A DNA stretch of 64,000 nt from Bacteroidales bacterium (GTDB lineage Bacteria; Bacteroidota; Bacteroidia; Bacteroidales; PUMT01). Below, one piece after another: positions 59,908-64,000 of this stretch; the first letter of the stretch is position 1; every line of letters starts with the position of its first letter. The notes under the pieces were generated by a model that was given only the letters and a program-made list of their open reading frames with translations, searched no databases and was not told where the DNA came from. A program made the position numbers and the translations under genes. The stretch spans positions 4,241-68,240 of the forward strand of contig JAWODJ010000114.1 in the NCBI GenBank assembly GCA_046483315.1. Reading direction: 5' to 3'.

Positions 59908-61899
59908 ATGTATTCTTCACATGATCATAAAAAACTTCTAATAACCCTCAAGGACCGGTGCCGGGTATGTTATACATGTGTGCGTGAGTGCCCTGCCAGG
60001 GCAATAAAGATAATTAACGGTCAGGCAGAGGTGCTGAATGAACGTTGTATAGGATGTGGTAACTGTACCCGTGTATGCAGTCAGGGTGCCAAGGTTTACA
60101 GCCGGTCGGGACCGGAGGTTACCGGTTTACTGGAATCTCCGGGAAGGGTTGCAGCAATTGTAGCACCCAGTTTTCCTGCCGAATTCACAGAAATTGAAGA
60201 TTACCGGCAATTTGTCGGTATGATGAGAAAACTTGGATTTGACAATGTTTATGAGGTTGGTTTCGGGGCGGACCTTGTTGCACTGGAATATAAAAAAATA
60301 CTTGAGGAAAAAGGTAATAAAAGGTATATATCATCTGACTGTCCGGCTATTGTAAATTATATAAGGCAATACCACCCTGACCTTGTTCCTTCACTGGCAG
60401 GTATAGTTTCTCCAATGGTGGCAATGAGCAGGGTTGTCAGGAAAAAACTCGGGAATGATATTAAAATTGTTTTCACCGGACCATGTGTTGCCAAAAAGGA
60501 AGAGTCGGATGAAGTTGATGAAGTGCTTACATTTGCCGAGCTGAGAGAGATGTTCAGTAAAAGGGATATTGCCCCCGCCGGTATCAGTTCGTCCGAATTC
60601 GATCCTCCGGCGGCAGGTAAGGGTGCTGTTTTTCCTATCAGCAGGGGACTTTTGCAGACTGTTGATATTAAAGATAATGCCTTTGAAGGGAACATAATAG
60701 TTGCCGAGGGCAGAGAAGATTTCCAGGAAGCAATAAAAGAGTTCGAAGCAGGGCTGATAGGCGGGCAACATCTGGAACTTCTTTGCTGCGAAGGCTGCAT
60801 AATGGGGCCGGGAATGTCGGAGGGAGGCAGGCATTATGTAAGAAGATCTGTTGTAAGCAATTATGTAAGAGAAAAGATAAAGAATTATGACAGGGCAGAA
60901 TGGCAAAAAAGCATTGATGAATTCGGGAGGTTAGACCTGAGATGTAAATTTGAACCTGATGATCAAAGGTTGCCTGTTCCTTCGGTGGCAGAGATTAAGA
61001 AGGAGCTTGAGAAGATGGGTAAGTTTGATGCCAGGGATTTTCTGAATTGCGGTGCATGTGGTTATGAAACCTGTGAAGAGCATGCAATAGCTATAATAGA
61101 GGGACTGGCAGAGGTTGAAATGTGTCTGCCCATGACAATAGATAAACTTCACAATTCGGTTAATGACCTGGCCGTCACCAATGAAAAGCTTGTTTCAGTT
61201 CAGCAGGCACTTAAGCAGTCAGAGAAAATGGCCAGCATGGGTCAGTTATCGGCCGGCATAGCTCATGAGTTGAATAACCCTCTTGGCGTGGTAATAATGT
61301 ATTCCAATATTATGCTTGATGAGCTGCCAAAGAATTCGGAGGCATATCCTGATTTGAAGCTCATCGTTGAGCAGGCCAACAGGTGTAAGAAGATTGTTGG
61401 CGGATTGCTGAATTTTGCCCGTAAAAACCAGGTAAATCCTGCTGATGTTGACCTGGAGAGACTTGTGAGGCAGGCATTGGATGCCATTATTATTCCGCGT
61501 AATATAAAGGTTGAAATTGATCCGGACGGAATAAATAAGAAAACTGCCCGGCTTGATTCGGAACAGATAATACAGGCCCTGACCAATTTGTTTAAGAATG
61601 CTCTTGAGGCTATGCCTGATGGTGGGGAGCTCAGAGTGGATATAAAGGATGATAACGGAAAGACAGAGTTCCATATATCTGATACAGGAACCGGTATCAG
61701 GGAAGAGGACAGGGAGAAAATATTTGAACCCTTTTATACCACAAAGGGTATTGGTAAAGGAACCGGACTGGGTCTGGCAACGACATACGGGATAGTTAAA
61801 ATGCATAACGGGCAGATCAGTGTAATATCCAATGCGGATCCGGAAAAGGGACAGACAGGGACAAAGTTCATTGTCACACTTCCTGATAACAATGTTTAA
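59908..61899 (+). CDS. Hydrogenase-like sensor domain fused to a histidine kinase (HydS-like, histidine-kinase-linked class)
   Basis: 663 aa. 2x CxxCxxCxxxC ferredoxin motifs, H-domain-like motifs ISSDCPAIV, TGPCVAKKEE, LLCCEGCIMGPG, and extra CGACGYETCx16C. Then HisKA H-box SAGIAHELNNPLG, N-box LFKNALEAM, G-boxes ISDTGTGI and GTGLGLA. Confidence 0.8.
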   Translation: MYSSHDHKKLLITLKDRCRVCYTCVRECPARAIKIINGQAEVLNERCIGCGNCTRVCSQGAKVYSRSGPEVTGLLESPGRVAAIVAPSFPAEFTEIEDYRQFVGMMRKLGFDNVYEVGFGADLVALEYKKILEEKGNKRYISSDCPAIVNYIRQYHPDLVPSLAGIVSPMVAMSRVVRKKLGNDIKIVFTGPCVAKKEESDEVDEVLTFAELREMFSKRDIAPAGISSSEFDPPAAGKGAVFPISRGLLQTVDIKDNAFEGNIIVAEGREDFQEAIKEFEAGLIGGQHLELLCCEGCIMGPGMSEGGRHYVRRSVVSNYVREKIKNYDRAEWQKSIDEFGRLDLRCKFEPDDQRLPVPSVAEIKKELEKMGKFDARDFLNCGACGYETCEEHAIAIIEGLAEVEMCLPMTIDKLHNSVNDLAVTNEKLVSVQQALKQSEKMASMGQLSAGIAHELNNPLGVVIMYSNIMLDELPKNSEAYPDLKLIVEQANRCKKIVGGLLNFARKNQVNPADVDLERLVRQALDAIIIPRNIKVEIDPDGINKKTARLDSEQIIQALTNLFKNALEAMPDGGELRVDIKDDNGKTEFHISDTGTGIREEDREKIFEPFYTTKGIGKGTGLGLATTYGIVKMHNGQISVISNADPEKGQTGTKFIVTLPDNNV

Positions 61900-61917
61900 C
61901 TATTATAATAATCAGAA

Positions 61918-62316
61918 ATGATGAATGATCACAAAAGGACAATTCTTCTGGTAGATGATGATGAGGATTATCTTTTTCAGACCAAACTTAATATCGAACA
62001 GTTTGGTTTCAGGGTCGTAACAGCTGAAAGCCAGGCAGAGGCTGAAAAACTGCTGGAGGCATTAAAGCCCGATCTTGCAATACTTGATCTGATGATGGAG
62101 AATGAGGACAGCGGTTTTATACTTGCTTTCAAAATGAAAAAAAGGTATCCCGATGTTCCGGTTATCATTGCAACAGCCGTAACTGCTGAAACAGGAATCT
62201 CCTTTGGGGTCAGTTCGGAGGAGGAAAGGAAATGGATCAGAGCCGACAAGTATATAGAAAAGGGGATAAGAGCCGATCAGCTTCATAAAGAGATCATTAA
62301 ACTGTTAAAGATTTAG
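61918..62316 (+). CDS. Stand-alone response-regulator receiver (CheY-like)
   Basis: 132 aa. LLVDDDED, acceptor context DLAILDLMM, IIATAV, and a conserved Lys region YIEKG. No output domain. Confidence 0.85.
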   Translation: MMNDHKRTILLVDDDEDYLFQTKLNIEQFGFRVVTAESQAEAEKLLEALKPDLAILDLMMENEDSGFILAFKMKKRYPDVPVIIATAVTAETGISFGVSSEEERKWIRADKYIEKGIRADQLHKEIIKLLKI

Positions 62317-62317
62317 G

Positions 62318-63436
62318 ATGGAAAAGCTTCATGTACTTGTGGTGGATGATGAGCCGGGAATATGTTCCGGCATAAGCAGGATATTGACAAAATATTCGGT
62401 GGGTTTTCCCTTTATGGATGAAAATATCGGCTTTGAAATCCAGGAAACATTTACCGGTGAGGACGCTATTAAGATAATTGACAGTAAGGCGCCTGATATT
62501 GTTCTTCTGGACAATAAGCTGCCTGGAATACTTGGAATAGATGTGCTTGAGTATATTAATAAAAAACGTCTTGAGTCGGTGGTATTGATGATAACATCGT
62601 ATGCATCTCTCGAATTGGCTGTAAAGGCCACTAATCAGGGTGCACATGATTTTATTCCCAAACCGTTCACACCCCAGGAACTCAGGTCGGCCATTGAAAA
62701 TGTCACCAAGCATATTTTCCTGAAAAGGATGACAAAAAAGCTTAACAGGGAAGGCAAACAGATCAGATTCCAGTTTCTGTCGGTACTTTCACATGAGCTG
62801 AAAGCACCACTGAATGCCATTGAAGGTTATCTCAGAATCATGCAGGACAGGCAGGCAGGAAATGATCTGGATGCTTACACAAAGATAATTGAACGTTCGC
62901 TTGTGCGTGTAAAGGGCATGAGAAACCTGATAATGGACCTGCTCGATATTACAAAGATAGAATCCGGTAAAAAGAGAAGGATGGTAGTACCTGTAAATAT
63001 TACCGGGATTGCTAAAATTTCAATAGACACAATGGGGCCGATATCAATCCAGAAAGATGTGAAAATATACCTGGATGCTCCTGAAGAGGTTAGTTTTGAT
63101 GCCGATCAGGAAGAGATCGAAATCATTTTCAATAACCTGCTTTCCAATGCTATAAAATATAATATTGAAGGAGGAAAGGTTGACTTCAGAATTGAAGACA
63201 AAAAAGAGAAGATCATTGTTTCTGTCAGGGATACGGGAATTGGTATGGGGAAGGATGAGATTCCGGCACTTTTTGATGAATTTGTCCGTATCAAAAATGA
63301 GCAGACAAAGAATATTTCAGGAAGCGGACTTGGTTTGTCGATTGTGAAAAAACTGGTCCGTCTTTATAAGGGGAGAATTAATGTGGAAAGCAGGCCGGGA
63401 GAAGGAAGTATCTTTAAAATTGAGTTTCCCAGATGA
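62318..63436 (+). CDS. Receiver-histidine kinase hybrid (REC-HisKA-HATPase)
   Basis: 372 aa. VLVVDDEPG, DIVLLDNKLPG, FIPKPF. H-box LSVLSHELKAPLNAI, N-box LLSNAIKYN, G-boxes VRDTGIGM and GSGLGLSI. Starts 2 nt after the preceding stop. Confidence 0.85.
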   Translation: MEKLHVLVVDDEPGICSGISRILTKYSVGFPFMDENIGFEIQETFTGEDAIKIIDSKAPDIVLLDNKLPGILGIDVLEYINKKRLESVVLMITSYASLELAVKATNQGAHDFIPKPFTPQELRSAIENVTKHIFLKRMTKKLNREGKQIRFQFLSVLSHELKAPLNAIEGYLRIMQDRQAGNDLDAYTKIIERSLVRVKGMRNLIMDLLDITKIESGKKRRMVVPVNITGIAKISIDTMGPISIQKDVKIYLDAPEEVSFDADQEEIEIIFNNLLSNAIKYNIEGGKVDFRIEDKKEKIIVSVRDTGIGMGKDEIPALFDEFVRIKNEQTKNISGSGLGLSIVKKLVRLYKGRINVESRPGEGSIFKIEFPR

Positions 63437-63466
63437 CATATTAATAGTTAAATTAAATATTTATTG

Positions 63467-64000
63467 ATGAAGCTACCCGGAAAAACCATCGAAAGACTGA
63501 GCCAGTACAGGAGGATACTTCTGAACTGTCTCAGCATGGGTAAAACCTATATCTATTCACATGAGCTTGCAGAAATGCTAAACCTTACGGCGGTTCAGGT
63601 AAGAAGGGATATAATGTTGATGGGATACTCCACCAGTCATAAGAAAGGTTACGATATCAGTGAGCTGGTCAATGTTATAGGTTCTATCCTTGATACACGT
63701 AAAGGTCAGAATGTCGCTGTTATAGGAGTTGGCAACCTCGGCAGGGCAATAACCGGATATTTTATGGGTAAACGCTCCAGGCTTAATATCATTGCTACTT
63801 TTGATAATGATCCTGCAAAAGTTAACAGGGTTATCTCAGGTGTTAACTGTTATCCGGTCCAGCAGCTGGCTGACCGTATAAGGGAACTTAATATTACAAT
63901 TGCCATTCTTACTGTTCCCCCCGAACATGCCGCCGGTGTTGCTGAGTCTCTGGTACTGGCGGGCATAAAAGGCATCCTCAATTTCACTTCTGTCCCGCTG
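63467..64000 (+). CDS. rex: Redox-sensing transcriptional repressor Rex (partial; runs off the right edge)
   Basis: Not in the ORF track because it is truncated. Hand translation MKLPGKTIERLSQYRRILLNCLSMGKTYIYSHELAEMLNLTAVQVRRDIMLMGY...VAVIGVGNLGRAITGY...TIAILTVPPEHA...GIKGILNFTSVPL. Winged helix plus a Rossmann GxGxxG, typical of Rex. Confidence 0.85.
   Translation, partial: MKLPGKTIERLSQYRRILLNCLSMGKTYIYSHELAEMLNLTAVQVRRDIMLMGYSTSHKKGYDISELVNVIGSILDTRKGQNVAVIGVGNLGRAITGYFMGKRSRLNIIATFDNDPAKVNRVISGVNCYPVQQLADRIRELNITIAILTVPPEHAAGVAESLVLAGIKGILNFTSVPL

Noticed and set aside
60357-61806. Antisense ORFs of 147, 171, 186 and 107 aa opposite the hydrogenase-kinase fusion gene
   Set aside because: No recognisable motifs and mutually overlapping frames. 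They are fully contained in a gene with clear domain signatures on the plus strand.

Overview
AT-rich, gene-dense chromosomal window that reads like an anaerobic member of the Bacteroidota. Supporting this: a tmRNA encoding the tag GENNYALAA, a short 286-aa primary sigma factor, Rho with a long low-complexity N-terminal insertion, TAnnTTTG-type -7 boxes, and a TonB-fused BlaR1 plus DUF4199-type genes. I can support about 55 protein genes plus tmRNA (ssrA) and SRP RNA (ffs). I saw no rRNA, tRNA, CRISPR array, transposase or integrase. Most of 0-52 kb is housekeeping: ROK glucokinase with an MFS sugar permease, ftsK-lolA, arcC-argF, rpe, rpoD, rho, PFOR, ruvX-def, comEC, trkAH, tsaC, tal, miaA and gap. 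These are interleaved with small accessory modules: a blaI/blaR1-TonB pair, DUF2752 plus a CC-motif membrane protein, a LuxC-like reductase, twin secreted amidohydrolases and a DUF1987 protein. The stand-out region is 52.2-64.0 kb. There a NADH/ferredoxin-type trimeric [FeFe]-hydrogenase operon (hydC-hydB-hydA) is flanked by two different hydrogenase-like sensor proteins. One carries a PAS domain and is translationally coupled to a PP2C/SpoIIE phosphatase. The other is fused directly to a histidine kinase and is followed by a stand-alone receiver, a receiver-kinase hybrid and rex. The two divergent operons share a short control region holding a perfect 11-bp-arm palindrome that matches the Rex operator half-sites and overlaps a -7 promoter box. 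The two sensor paralogues differ at the H-cluster and ferredoxin cysteine motifs. Sensory (group C) [FeFe]-hydrogenases are catalogued bioinformatically, but their signalling output is essentially uncharacterised, so this dual-arm arrangement is the best candidate for a new regulatory system here. All assignments rest on reading the translations and sequence by eye; no searches were run.
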